Below, one piece after another: positions 15,901 through 33,499 of a stretch of 64,000 bases of DNA. A program made the translations under genes and the position numbers. The stretch lies in NCBI RefSeq assembly GCF_009914755.1, contig NC_060935.1. One strand, written 5' to 3'. The stretch is from the human T2T-CHM13v2.0 reference genome, Homo sapiens. Positions within the stretch are counted from its first letter, which is position 1. The number at the start of each line of letters is the position of its first letter. The notes beneath the pieces are model-generated. The model searched no databases and was not told the DNA's origin. It saw only the letters and a list, made by a program, of their open reading frames with translations.

Positions 15901-16571
15901 GGTGTTATGAAATACGGAAATTTTTGGCGTTGGTGGTGGAGGGCGTTGGCATAGGAGGCGTGAATGCTCTTTGTTTCTTGCTGTTATGGGAGTATCTCTT
16001 GATTGCCCCATCATCTTGTTTGGTGTGGCCCCGTTTCCTTCTAGAAGTTGAGTTCCCTGGGCTTGTGAGAACCCTTGTACATCTGCCTCCATTAAACTCA
16101 CATTTGGAGATCTCGTAAATGAACGCAGTGCAGTCCGGGGGCAGAGTGAAGGCTCAGACTGCAGCCGGACATGGCTCAGTTACCCTAGGTGGGTTAGCAG
16201 CTGAGCAGGTACTGGTCTCAAAACCCTCTGAAGCGAAGCTGCCTGTCGATTCCACAGTTGCCAGCTTCCAGCATGGAGCTTCTGGAAGTATCACGGACTG
16301 AGTTGGGTCCCAATGCTGGATGTCCCTACTCTTCCTCCTGCCCCTCCCACGTTTGGATGGGCAAATGCACTAAGAACAGCCCGTGGGCAAGTGAATGAAA
16401 CCAAAAAGCAGCAAGGGATTTGGACAGTCCACCTCAGAGTATCTGACTTTATTTTGAGGGGCATGTGTCAGAGTTGGGTGAAGAAAGAGATTCTCAGATG
16501 GAGATAGAGAAAGATCCCCAAAAGGGCAGGCTGGCTACCAGTGATTTATTTTTATTTTTCTTACTTTTTTA

Positions 16572-17141
<570 letters not shown>

Positions 17142-17223
17142 TCAGCCATTGTGTAGATTAACCAGCACGGCACCCTGCCCCTCAGCCATTGTGTAGATTA
17201 AGGAGCACTGCACCCTGCCCCTC
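17142..17223. repeat. 40-bp tandem duplication (2 copies)
   Basis: tcagccattgtgtagattaa(cc/gg)agcac(g/t)gcaccctgcccc x2, 3 mismatches. Confidence 0.95.
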
Positions 17224-17330
17224 CTCCCCCAAGCATGCAGCACCTGAGAAAGAAATCTGACAAAGATGCTTTAATATGAGTCTAGCGCTTTGAGCCTTTC
17301 ATTGTCATCTCCAGTGCAATTGTCTGTGGG

Positions 17331-17355
17331 TTTTGTTTTGTTTTGTTTTGTTTTT
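17331..17355. repeat. (TTTTG)n
   Basis: Direct reading. Confidence 0.85.
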
Positions 17356-17503
17356 TCATTTTTATTGGACTTTGCTTTGCCTTTTAAGGGAAACTCTGGA
17401 TGATATACTTCATTATTTCACTTGTCAGATGGTTAGTAATATGGTATTGCCATTCCTGACCTAAGGCAGCAAGTGATTCCTTCTGGCAAACTCTTTAAGA
17501 AAC

Positions 17504-18170
<667 letters not shown>

Positions 18171-19060
18171 TCACACCTGTAAAATGAAGAAGTTTGACTT
18201 GCACAGTGCTTTTCTTAGACTGTGGTAAGGGGTGGATGTGGGGGTAGTGCCAAGACCAAGTGAAAGAGGCTTCTGGACCTCCATCCTTGCTTCAGCCAGA
18301 GCAGCGTGGGTTCATTTCATTTTTGGATTTTGGTTTGTGGGAAGAAAGGGTTCTCTTGCCGGTGTGTGTGTTTCTGATAAACAAAGAAGTGTGGAAGTGG
18401 CTGAATGAGATGACCCAAGGACTCTTTCTGGGAAGATGCAGGAGGAAGTAGGTGAGCTGAGGGGAAGCTGGTGGGGATAGGCCTGGTGGGGCCTGGGGAG
18501 AAGGATTTGAAGGCTCAAGTCACACGGTGCAGGATGGGACTCAATATAGGGTGGGATAGGGCGGTGGGTAAAAGCCGTTACAATTTTGTCCAAATGGTAT
18601 GGGCTGATTTACTTATTAGGGAGGTACAAATGGCTTCGTGTTATAAAGTGTCAAGATCCTTATTTGGATAAGGCAACCAGAGTGTAGACGAGAGAGTAAG
18701 AGTAAGAAAACAAGGAGAAAAATGAGTGTCTTAAGGATGTAGAAATTTAGTTTGCTGGAAGTCTCTGCAGCCTGAACAAAACAGCTGTTAGGTTTGCCAG
18801 AACTTAAACCAGAGGGTGCCTGCCAGTGGTTCATATTCTTGCTACCTCTTCCTCCTCTTGTCTTGTTTTTCCTTTCCATTCTAATAATCACGATGAGTTT
18901 CCCTGACATGCACGCCCCTTCATTCATTTGTATGATCACTTAGAGATGAGGAGCTGCCTTGCCAGGTAGAAAAACCATTCTCAGGATGAATCTTTGGCTT
19001 TCTGAATCAGAGTTTTCTTTGGGTTTTAGAACTTCATTCTTATTAAAGTGGGAATTTACC

Positions 19061-19402
<342 letters not shown>

Positions 19403-19711
19403 TTATCATTTCTTCAATTCCAGTTTTTATTAGATCCACAACTTTTTTGGTCAAAACCAGAATTTTGATTATGTGTGCCATCCTAGGCTACCTCACCATC
19501 CAAAAATCCTCTTGGAAAACCCCACGCTTATCAGGAAAAGGAGATGGAAGTGAAAAAATAAAAATATATATAAAAAAAGGAAAACCTAGTGTTAGCACCC
19601 CTTATCCAGCAGGCCCCCCACCTGGACCCCCACCTGTATTCACATTCCTCCCACACTTACAGTCAGTGGCTTCATTAATCTCTAAGGTTCCATGTTCTGC
19701 TCCCCAAATAG

Positions 19712-20054
<343 letters not shown>

Positions 20055-20723
20055 TCTTATATTTCTTTTCTATTTTTCTACCCTGATCAACCTTTTCTTT
20101 TCTATCTCTCTCACTGTTTCTACGATCAAAGTAGTGGAGTCAGTTTCCTTGCATCTGTCCCAAGCAGCCGTTGCTAATGGGAATGAGTGTCAGGCACTGT
20201 ACATCAGCCCTGTTTTGAAACTCTGTGCCTGCTGCCTCATTGACTAGCTGGAGAGTGTTGAACATTTGGTTGTAGAATGTATGTGGATTGCTGAGTTTCA
20301 CGCATGAGCTGTGTTGTCATTTCATTCATTCTGAGTGGCATCTGCGCCAGGGCTACCTGGAGTTTTTCCAGCTCCCCAGGCCTAGCAAAGGCAGGGATCC
20401 TGTCTCATTCAGCTGCATTTCTTGAGCTGTGCTTAGAAGGCCTGCCACACAGTAGGGAATCAGGAACAGTCGCGTTTACAGAGCTCTCGGGTGATAGAAG
20501 GGAAAGTAAAGGTATATTAAATTTCTTCTAGGCTTGCTGCCTAATCCCCTAAGGGGCCTTCTCATTTCTTTCAGCAGTGCCATCTGGCAGGCCTGAGAGT
20601 ATATGGGAATAAGTGGGGTGCTGGATCTTGTGGGCAGGCTATGGGATCTGGGAAAGGGGTTAGCACCTGGGCCTGGAGGGACCTGGAATCTAGGGGGGGC
20701 ATACATCTAAGCTAAATGTGGCT

Positions 20724-20975
20724 GTGGCTTGCAAACTCAGAGGCCTTTCGGGCAGCCTGGTGAAATGATAAATGGGCAGTTGCTGTTTATTCTCAGTCCT
20801 AGAGATTAAAAAGAGGTGCCCCCATTGGAAACTGGAGGTTACATGTTCTACCCAAAGGGAGCAGCTGCCAGTCGGCTTCTTGCGATGTGAAAGTACAGCC
20901 CCAGAAAACCCAGGTTAAGTGATGTCCCCTAATTTTTAAAAGTTGGCAACCAATTCAACTATAAAATCATGCCTG
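20724..20975 (+). mobile_element. MER102-like hAT DNA transposon remnant
   Basis: ggcttgcaaactcagaggcc...aatttttaaaagttggcaaccaattca. Confidence 0.5.
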
Positions 20976-21229
20976 CTGGCCTCTGAGCAGTAGGCAGGGC
21001 TGGTGTATGCCGGAGGCCACCAGGGGACATAACACCTGCCATAGGGTCAGAATAGGTGGGTGTTAGTCACCATCCAGATGGTCAGATACCGGAATTGCCA
21101 CAGAAATGAACATGACATGCAGAGCAGGCAGAGCAGGTGCCAAAAGTTGGTATCAAGGAGGCGAAGGTCAAGTTCTTTGCCCACCAGAAAGCCTTCTGTT
21201 CCTTGTCTCCTTCCCTTCCTGCACCTCCA

Positions 21230-21780
21230 AGGACTCTCCACTGCTCCCTACAGCTTAAGTCCAAATTTCCCTGTCTGGCATTCAAGGTCTTCCATACCTT
21301 CCTTACAAGTGCCCTTTAGGCGCTCTAAATGGCGCGTCAGCTCCTATGTGTGGCCTCAGCTTAGCAGTCCAGTGTTCCCTCCCCCTGAATCCCTCCAGAC
21401 TGCCCAGGCTGCATCTGCCTCAGACAGCCGGGTGTTCCCAAGACATGCTGCACTTTCTTCCCTCTCTGATTTGCTCATGCTGCTCCTCTTCCTGGAATGC
21501 TCATCCCCCCAATTATGGAAATCCCACTCCCCACTCATCCTTCAAAAGGCTCTGGACAAAAGGCACATTCTCCCTGAAGTCGGCTACCCTCCCGACTCTG
21601 TAAATTTGGAATAAATCACATCTTTCAGCTTCTATAGCACTCACCCTGCATCTCCACCACAGCCCTTATGACATAGCTGTTGAGAAAGGTCTGTCTTCCT
21701 TGGTAGATGATGAGGTCATTGTGGAAGGTTCGAGTCTTACTTACTGTGTCCACAGCATTTGGCTCAGGGCAACAGTCAAC
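21230..21780 (+). mobile_element. L2 fragment
   Basis: Pyrimidine-rich L2 3' region (aagtccaaatttccctgtctggcattcaagg...cctcttcctggaatgct). Confidence 0.6.
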
Positions 21781-22042
21781 AGAGGCTTAGTGACTTAGAC
21801 ACTTGATGGTAGAGTATGGAAAACTGATTCTCATGAGGAAGGTGCTTAAGGTCTTTGGTAAGCCTGGGAAAGGGGCAGTTGGCTGGAACAGAGGGTGTGA
21901 GAGGAGCAGGTAAAGCTGGATCCAGCTCTCTTTCAGCCCAAGGCAATACCTAAAACCCTATCTCTGACTTGGAAAGGCAGTATCCTGCTGTCTTCCTGCT
22001 GTGGCCATGAGCCTCACTGGGGCTTGACTTGAATGTTAGGAC

Positions 22043-22306
<264 letters not shown>

Positions 22307-22466
22307 ATGAGTAGGTTCTTTAGTGGTGATTTGTGAGATTTTGGTGCACCCATCACCTGAGCAGTATACACTGAACCCAATTTGTGGCCTTTTATCCCTC
22401 ACCTGCTTCCCACCCTTTCCCTCTGAGTCCCCGAAGTCCACTGTGTCATTCTTAATGCCTTTGCAT
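22307..22466 (-). mobile_element. L1PB 3' fragment
   Basis: atgagtaggttctttagtggtgatttgtgagattttggtgcacccatcacc...cattcttaatgcctttgcat. Confidence 0.85.
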
Positions 22467-22468
22467 GA

Positions 22469-22883
<415 letters not shown>

Positions 22884-23067
22884 TAGCCAGAAAGGGCTGA
22901 GGATGGGTAAGAACCCAGGATATAGAGTCTTCCCATAAAAGGGAGGGCCATCATGCAAGATGAACAACTTGGTCCTGATATGGATGGGGCTAGAATCTCC
23001 GTATTGTTGCTAATAAGGTGGAACTGAATCCCCTCCCTGTTCCCCAACACAATAAAACTTCAGTGTC

Positions 23068-23350
23068 GTCTGGGTGCAGTGACTCACGCCTGTAATCCCA
23101 GCACTTTGGGAGGCTGAGGCAGGTGGATCACCTGAGGTCAGGAGTTCGAGACCAGCCCGGCCAGTGTGATGAAACCCTGTCTCTACTAAAAATACAAAAA
23201 ATTAGCTGGGCATGGTGGCACATGCCTGTAGTTCCAGCTGCTCAGGAGGCTGAGGCGGGAGAATTGTTTGAACCTGGCAGGTGGAGGTGCAGTGAGCAGA
23301 GATCATGCCACTGCACTCTGGCCTGGGCAACAGAGTGAGACTCTGTCTCC

Positions 23351-23379
<29 letters not shown>
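23068..23379 (+). mobile_element. Alu (AluSx-like)
   Basis: Full-length, long A tail; TSD ~cttcagtg. Confidence 0.96.
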
Positions 23380-23383
<4 letters not shown>

Positions 23384-23492
23384 CAGTGCAGGGCCTGTCT
23401 GCTCTCCAGGGAAGGCTGCAGTATTGTCAGGTTTGTTTCTTTTTCCCCACAAAACTGCTTCGGAGAGCTCTTAGGTCCCAAGTTTGCCTGCA

Positions 23493-23538
23493 TCCAGGGT
23501 CCAGATGCTTCCAGGGTCCAGATGCTTCCAGGGTCCAG
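23493..23538. repeat. 17-bp minisatellite, ~2.7 copies
   Basis: tccagggtccagatgct x2 + tccagggtccag. Confidence 0.93.
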
Positions 23539-23956
23539 GCAGTGAGTGGAAGTGAAGGAGGCTCCTCTAGTGAAAGAAAAAGGCATCCAGTGTTAATAGT
23601 ATTTCTTCCCAGTTGCATGGGGCTTGCATATTAGAGATAAAGGAAACATCTTAGCTACTACTGAGCCATAAGTGGTCTCACCTTTCTTGAAACATAAGGC
23701 CGTCTTGGTTTGTTGTTCTGTTTTGTGCTTTTCACAGAGGCATGGACACTGAAAGACGTTTCTCTGACAGTGGAGATATAGGACTGAAGAGTGACATGGC
23801 TTGCAGAGCACTACCTGTCCCCCTAATCCACACTGTCCTCTCTCCTCATGGGCAGCCTGAGAATGTGGACCCAAGGTAGCCCATCATGCAGTTCTTCATG
23901 AAATCTGGAAATCTTGGCATTTCATGGGAAATCTCATCACTGCTAAAGTAGGCTTA

Positions 23957-24410
<454 letters not shown>

Positions 24411-25769
24411 TCAGCCTGTAGCCCACCAGTTTGCAGCCTTTGTTTAGATCCGTAGTGGAGAAAGAGGTTAAAGCTACAAGTTAGGACCCCTGAAAATGAA
24501 AGATGGTTTGGAAGTGAATCTGAAGTAAATTGTCACTGTATGGTTTCAGACCGTTTTCTGGTAGTATGTGCTGTGTGACACAGGTTGTCCCTGTGTTGTG
24601 CAGTGGTTTTGAGCACAACATTGGCCCTAGGCCTGCAGTGTGGGGTGCAGGCCCTCTGCTGAGGGCTGCAGATGCTGCCGGGAGTGCAGTGGATGAGGTC
24701 CTGCCCGCACAGCCTCATTCGGCGTTGATACCCATGCCTGGAGGATGTGGGCTCATCTTCTTGGGTCAGGTGAGCCTCTTACACCTGTGTTCATTGCTTA
24801 GCTCTTTTGATGTCATTGCATATTGGTTCAATTACTTTTCCCTTTTCAGAGCCATGAATAATAACTATGATTTTGCTAGAGGGAAAAAATGAAATGATCA
24901 AGGTAATGCATTTACATGTTACATAAAATTCATATCATACAGAAAGGCAGAAGGAAAACAGGGAGAATTACTTGTTCCCTTTTCTCTCTTCCCCTCCCAG
25001 TTCCTTTAACAGGAAGAATGTCTCACTAGTCATGTGATCTACAGCAAATCCTTTAACCTCTTCAAACCCGCATCTCTTATATGTTACAGGACAGTAATAA
25101 AACTTAACTCATATTATTGTTATTTTTTATTTAATGTGGATTAAGTTAGTTGGTATGAAATTCTCCAAATCCTATGCATATATAAAGGGTGCTCATAGAG
25201 CTTTTTTCTTCTTTTTTGTATATCCAGGATTTCTTTAGCGGTCTTTTGTAATTATAGTAAAAGCACTGAGGTTAGATTTATGGGTTTTTTTTGAGGAGGA
25301 TAGACTGAATCCCTTTCCCGCCTCAAGGCTATAGTGGGTCGGCACAGTTTGTGTTTGCTAAACATATCTTTAGCTGCGTAAGAGAAAGAAGGAAAATAGT
25401 AAAGATGAACAGTACTGTTTTCTACTTGAAGTTCTAGTTGGCCCCCCCTCCCTTCCATGTAGGAACCTTAGCTTGCTTTCCACACCCTCCCACCACTGGA
25501 CTCACAAAGGCCCCTGATGAGTGCCTCCGGTAAGACAGGGGGAAATTTTTATCTTAATTAGAAAAAGGCTTAGTATCTTGATTGTATGTTCTCTGGAGCC
25601 AGTGATAGAGATAGTATAAGAAATTCTGGACATTCAAATGTAAAACAGATTAATTTGTAGGAATGTTGGATTTTTATCTGGACAGATGTTTTGTCTTTTA
25701 TGGAGTTGGTTGGGATTAAGAAGTGGGGGCAGGGTCATGTTGGTATTTTATTTTTGCTTTGGGCTTATG

Positions 25770-26480
<711 letters not shown>

Positions 26481-28015
26481 CAGATACAATATGTATAAAA
26501 TTCAGAACAAGGGTCCTTTTACTAAGGAGGAGGAAGAGACTGGATGTTATGGATATGGGCAGCAAGCAGTGTTTTCAAAGTACTGAAACAGATTGTAGAA
26601 CTTTGTAAACTGGCTGCCTTTCTACTCCTCTGCTCACCTCTAACCAAAGAGCCACCTAATTGTTCTGCATGGTGACCATTGCCTGTTAGATTCTTGGTGA
26701 ATAGATTCCTAGCCTCATCTTTTGTTATTTTTATTTTTTTAATAAATGGTAGAATGAGGATGCAGGAAACTTGGAAAAGCAGAGTCAAAGTTCAACTAGC
26801 ACAGGAGCAGAAGGTAAATTCTGTTGGCTTATAGAATGAGCCCAGACCCTGGTGTCAGAAGACCTGGGTCAGTTCTGGTCTGTCCTCTCCTGGGACTCAG
26901 TAAAGTCTCTTGGCTCTCTGAGCTTTCCACATCAGTAAGATGGGGAATGACAACCCTTATGGGACTGCAGTGAGGCTTAGCCAAGTTGGTGCTGTGGAAG
27001 GCCCTACTGGATTCCAAAGCATGATACAGATGATGAATACTTTATGTGGCTGAGGTGCTTCCAGCAGGCACGTGGGAAGCATCCATGTAAGATTGGGGTC
27101 ATGCAAAATGGGGTGGGATCACATCGCGGGATGAAGCACTTGGATGCAAAGGCCTGTGTGGTCCAGCCTGAGTCTGGCTCAACACACAGGGTCGGATCCT
27201 GGCTGCGCTCCTTACTGCTGTATGTACAGATTTGGCTCAGAGGGAATGCAGGATTGGCAACATGCATCTAGTCTTTCTTGTGGTCTCCTGGTGCCTCTCA
27301 TGGTGTGCTTATTCTTATTCTGCTACGGAGAGTGTGACTTAAGCATGTAATTTGCATATAGCGTGGCTCCTGAATGCAAGCCACTAACCCATTATTTTAC
27401 TTAGTAAGTTCCAGTGTTGGGGCTTGGGGGATGGTGTGTCCTTTGCCAGTGAATGCTTATGTTGGTACATTTCAAGGGTTATTTTGCTTATGCACCCTCC
27501 CCACCCCCGTCAACGTTAGAGCTTAGCATCATATGAAAGGCAGTGTCCCTGTGACTGTATCATAGGGTTGATGAGGATGAAATGAAGTAACTGCAGGCAG
27601 TGTCCAGCCCAGTGCCCAGTGCTCTGTCCAGGCTCAGTGAGTGACCTTTGCTGCTGCTGCTGCTACTGCGTCCAGCTGGCTACATGGGGCTGGTGGCAGA
27701 GGGTGACTCAGTTCTCAGTGTGTCTTTTCCTGCCCCCTGCCAGGTTGCTTCCCCTAGCCTAGTTCCCTTTTTTTGTGAAATGCTCATCCCTCAGCTCTGG
27801 ACTTCAATGTACTGTTGGTTTCAAAACCTTATGAAACACAACATCAATGGGGGAAGGGAGAAGAGAGAAGCTGAGAAGCCTAACCCAACTCTGACAGCTG
27901 AGCGGCTACAGAGGACTTCTCAGTTGGGCTTCAATACTTCTTAAGAACTTTCAAGTTAGGCCTCAGATGTGATTTTGTTTGCTGACTTTCTCTTTGCTAC
28001 CTTGGCTTCTATTTA

Positions 28016-28351
<336 letters not shown>

Positions 28352-28353
28352 CT

Positions 28354-29020
28354 AATTCATTCATTCAGCGTGCACAATTTATTCAACACAGTTTGTTCCA
28401 AACACTGGGGATATGCCCCAAACAGACCAAGTTCCCTGTTTCATGGAGCTTACGTTTGGTGGAAGAGAGACAAATATAGAAACAAAAGTGTAGGCTGGGT
28501 GCAGTGGCTCACGCCTGTAATCTTAGCACTTTGGGAAGCCGAGGTGGGGAGATCACTTGAGCCCAGAAGTTCAAGATCGGCTTGGGCAACATAGTGAGAC
28601 TCCGTCTCTATTAAAAAAAAAAAAACAAGTCTAACATCAGGTAGACTTCAGGGCTGTGAAAGAAGTGACATAGGGTAAGGGAATACAGCGTGTTGAGGGG
28701 ATGGGTGCTATTTTCCAAGGAAAGCCCCTCCTGGTGGGGGGCCATAGGAAACAGCTGGTGCAAAGGCCTGGAAGACTCACTGGCATCTTTCTGGAATAGC
28801 AAGGATCAGCTTGGTGGGAAGTGGAATGAGCTGGGGGTGGAGTGGGGTGGGGTGGATTTTGGAGTCTGAGCTTGAGATACCTGCTTGGAGATGCTGAGCA
28901 GTCTGCAGGAACCAGGAGCCCGGAGCTGAGGGAGGACATGAAGGCTGGAATTGTAAGTTTGAGAGAAATCAGCTTTTTGAAGCTGTGGGACGGGGTAAGA
29001 TCACCGTCATGTGAGAGGAT
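28354..29020 (-). mobile_element. L2 fragment(s), interrupted by Alu monomer
   Basis: attcattcattca 3' tail; ggaaacagctggtgcaaaggcctgga...gaatagcaagga...caggagcccggagctgagggg. Confidence 0.7.
28492..28625 (+). mobile_element. Alu left monomer (FLAM_C-like)
   Basis: Single arm ending in A tail. Confidence 0.88.
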
Positions 29021-30124
29021 GGGACTGGCCAGGTGGTGCATGTGTCCAGGCTCAGCGGATGTTCCTGGGATACAAGTACCTGTTCATCTTGTTGACATCT
29101 AATCTGTATCTGCGCATAGTGACCAAGGATAAGCCACTGAGCTGCTCCAAACGTGTGCTATGGGATGGATTAACTGTGTGGGTGTGGAAATCCCTCAGAA
29201 TGATGAGACAGGGAGCAGTGGAGAGGAAGACAGTCGATCATTGATCGGTGAGCCTGTACTTGAGATCTGGCCTGGATAGTTGTGATGGTAGGTGGTACCC
29301 ACAATGATGGCCCTTCAGGGGATTTGAAGATTGTGAAGGAGGACCAAGAGGAGCTGTTTGGACCACCTGTGATCCAAGGCGGGAACTAGGAAGACACCTA
29401 CCGGAAGTCTTTGTGGATCTTTTGGGATTGGATTGGATTAGCAGATACAGAGCGTTTGACCTATAGTAACCAGCTGACTGTTCAGCAAACGCTTCACTTC
29501 CTAAAAGGCTTCTTCTTTCCAAGGCAAACTGGGGCATGTGAGGAACAGGAACTTACAAGAGCTTCTAGTCTGAACTCCAGGTGCTGACACTGTTAACAGT
29601 TGCTGAGTGGAGTCCTTCTCACTTGGGTGGAAAGTAACCTGTAAACTTGGCCCAAGTCTCCCTTTTCCTGTCCTTTGGCCCATGCTGTTCTGGTGCTAGA
29701 TGTTGGCTCTGGCCTTTGCACTGACCATCTCCTCGAGATGGCACGTGGGGAGGATGTGCTGTGTTGAGAAGAACTTGGCTGGATAGGCAAAGACTTGAGC
29801 TAGAAAAAGAACAAGTGGTTATTCATTTGGTGCTTCCCTTTAACCAGGGCCTTTTTTTTTCTTTTATTTTAAAGGAAACCTTTAAGAAAGGAGGGCTCTC
29901 AGGCCTTTCTTAGAATTTAGGTCTCAGTTTTACATCATGGGATTCTGTTTTTCTTGGGTTTCCATTAGAAGATTAAATAACATAGTGGCTATGAAAGCAT
30001 ACTATAGATACTAGGAACTGTTGCTTTGATTGTGTTAAAGGATACCTCTATTCCCCAGGTCCTTTATTGATTCATCTTATTTTTATTTGTATAATAAATC
30101 ATTAGAATAGTGCCTGGTGCTCTA

Positions 30125-30340
30125 TTGCACTCACTTGCATATACTGTATAAAGCTTTGTACATATTACTTGTTTAGTCCTCACAGCAGCCCTAGGAGGTA
30201 GGTACTATTATTTTGCTCATTTTGCAGGCAAGAAAACAGGCACAGACAGTTAAATAAGGTCACCCAACTAACAAGCAGTAGAGCTAGGATTTGAACTGGG
30301 GGAGCCTGGCTCCATGTTCTAGGTTCTTCACCATTATACT
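30125..30340 (-). mobile_element. MIR
   Basis: tagtcctcacagcagccctaggaggtaggtactattattttgctcattttgcag...gctaggatttgaac. Confidence 0.8.
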
Positions 30341-32089
30341 CCAAGGCCTGTCGGTTTTCCCATCAATCTCTACTGAAGAACAATGGCGATGGCCATACTG
30401 GTAATTGTTGTGCTTTATATGCTGTGCACTGTGTTGTGTATTTCAGATGCACGAATGAGAATCTTCATCCCCGCAAGATATTAAGAGCCCGTTTTACAGA
30501 GGAGGAAATGAAGGCTCAGAGAATTGAGTAACTTGCTTGAAGTCCAAAGCTGAGGAGTGGAGCCAGAATTCAAACTCGAGTTTGTCTGGCTTCCGAATCC
30601 TGCTATTTCCTCAGCACAGTGGCCGTCCTCCAAGGCTGTCACATGTTCCTTCCCTGGTGATTCACGGCACCTGGCTACCTCCTTTTAGACTCACTTTGTG
30701 GCCCATGGCACCCAGTTGTGTCATGACAGGACAGTGGCTCCCATTTCTCCGGGCCTGACTGTGAGGCCACATGAGCCACCCCAGGGAGGCCAGCAGAGTC
30801 AGAGCTTGGCTTTGAAAGCTGTTAATCGACCTGAGCCCCTCCATGTCCCTTGCTCCATTTTAAGCCTAGGGCTTTCCTAAAGCACCGCAGATCTCCTTTT
30901 CTTGTGAGAAGAGATTAGGCAGATGTATACATACACGGTAATGTGCAAGTGTCTAGTTTCTTGTCAGCATCGGGATGAGCTGTTTGTAGTGAAGAGCCTG
31001 GGCCTGGTGAGCCCCCGGGATGATGGGTGGGGACCATCTGTGCTCTCCTGGAAAGGAAATTGTGGTTTCTTTCTTTTCTTTTTTCTTTCTTCTTCTTTTT
31101 TTTTTTTTTTTTTTTTTTTTAGTTTATGGGAAAGGGAGACTTGTGTCTCAATTGAGTCTTTGTGGCGTTGTATTACAGAGAGTCACAGAAAATGTTCTAT
31201 GTAAATGACTATGTGCTCTGATTAGAGCCTCAATGGGCACCATTGTGTCATATTGCTATTATTGGCGATTGCAGGATACTAAATGATATTCTCATCAGGC
31301 TGAAAAACTTCAGTGTTAGCAGTGAAACTCGGGGTTAATTATACTGCTCTGAATTAGAGCATGGAATTAAGTTGTAGGGAGAGTAAGCCTATTGCTTTCT
31401 TCCCCCTCTGTCTTCCTCTTCAAGATTCTTGCTGGGGGTTTGATCAGAATAGTTTTTAACCCATGTTCTATATCTGTACTACTGGCATTTTGTTCTCCAT
31501 GAGTTACTACCCCATTTGGGGTTGGGAAACACAGGACCAATTTATAGGACAGTGGGAGAAGGGGAGACATGGTCTACTTAATAGTGCATTCTTCTCAGTC
31601 AATAGCTGGGTAAAAAATAGCATGAAGATTGAAGTCTTAGGGAAATGCTGGACTCTCTAGAGGGGCCTCTTTAATTTAGCTCTTGTCTCTTCTGCCTTTG
31701 AATTCTCATCTCTTCTGATCCTGACTCACCTCTTTGAAGAAATGACACACTGACCTACATCTTGGCTGAAACAGATAGAAGAGTCTATCTCTGTTCTGCC
31801 CCTTCTTGGCATTCCCAGCACAGCCTCCAAGGGAGTCTGTCCCAGAGCTGAGGCAGGCCCTCTCGGGTTGCATGCCATTGACTTCTCAGCTTTGTTTTAA
31901 CTGCAGAGTTTCCAGTGCTCTGCTCTTCTTGAATTGCTCCTGATTGTCACCTTCTTGCATTCCTTTCTCTCATTTCTTTTTCTGTAAATTTCATGTCACT
32001 GGTATCAGGTTTAAAGTCGTATTTTTTAAATCCCTTTCAATGTTACGTGGGTTGTAAATGTAATTGTTAATATTATTTAAAAATTTTTG

Positions 32090-32250
32090 AAAAGTGATTT
32101 TTAGTGGTGGCCTTATCATATCTACATATTATTACTCCACCATTTTGGGATGTTTAGGTCGAATCCTGGTTTTTTCTTCTTTTGCTGTTGTAAGTCATGT
32201 ATATTGGCAATTAGCCTAGGAGAGATTCCTAGAAATGAGTTCACTGAGAA
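32090..32250 (-). mobile_element. Degenerate L1ME remnant
   Basis: ttgggatgtttaggt...cctaggagagattcctagaaatgagttcactg. Confidence 0.45.
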
Positions 32251-33020
32251 TATGAGCTTAAGAGAAAGTGAGGATTTAAAGCCAGATCTGTCTGCCTTCA
32301 AATCCAGCGCTCTTTCTACTGATGTGAGTTCTCCTGTCTTTTTTACCTATCAGAATTCTAGAACTCTCCCAGAGAAACCAGGCAGATACTGCTCCACACC
32401 GGTGAGCTGCTTCTCACCTGGGTAGTCTAGGGTGGTTTGCTCCAGAATTGTATTTCTGCTTTTTCTTTTTTTAACTTGGCAGTGGTTAACCATTCCCTGG
32501 AGCAGCACCAGGTAAGTCAGCTTGTATCAGAGTCATCTGCTTTACCTGACATGAGCACACGTTGTCATATATTTGCACATGCAGATATCATATGTTAAAC
32601 AATATCACATTGTTGAAGAAAATTACACTGGAAAGCGTAAAATATAGTTTGGATGCCATATTGAGTGTAACTTAATCCACCCGATTCAGAACTTTTGTAG
32701 AGTGCCTCGGAGTTCCTATTTGGAAATATCAGTTAGCAGTTTTAGTCAGTAGAGTAACATATTTTCTATATTTATGATATATCAAAGAGACTTTCTGAAG
32801 CAGAACCCTGATTGACTCAAGAGTCTTTTCCAAATTCTGTATTCTCTCAGAACCAGGATTTAATAGGAGGTGGGTGGGGGGTGGTCCTTGGTCAAACTGG
32901 GGAAAAGCCTCATAATGAGATTGCCAAAGCGCTTACAGCATTTGAAGGCTCAGAGAGATGCCGTGGTCAGGAAGCTTGTTTGAGTCTGTCTGGAAGCCAG
33001 TAAGTCCCACAGAATACCTA

Positions 33021-33448
<428 letters not shown>

Positions 33449-33499
33449 TCACTTCCTGTTCTTTCTGGCCTCCGTGAGTCCACGTGTGCCCTTGTCTCT

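Noticed and set aside
23493-23538. Short tandem repeats considered as CRISPR-like
   Set aside because: No unique spacers, eukaryotic context, no cas genes.
32150-32425. 91-aa ORF MFRSNPG...CFSPG
   Set aside because: The 5' part lies in L1ME/MIR remnants and there is no recognisable domain; only the internal splice-site pattern is kept as a low-confidence finding.
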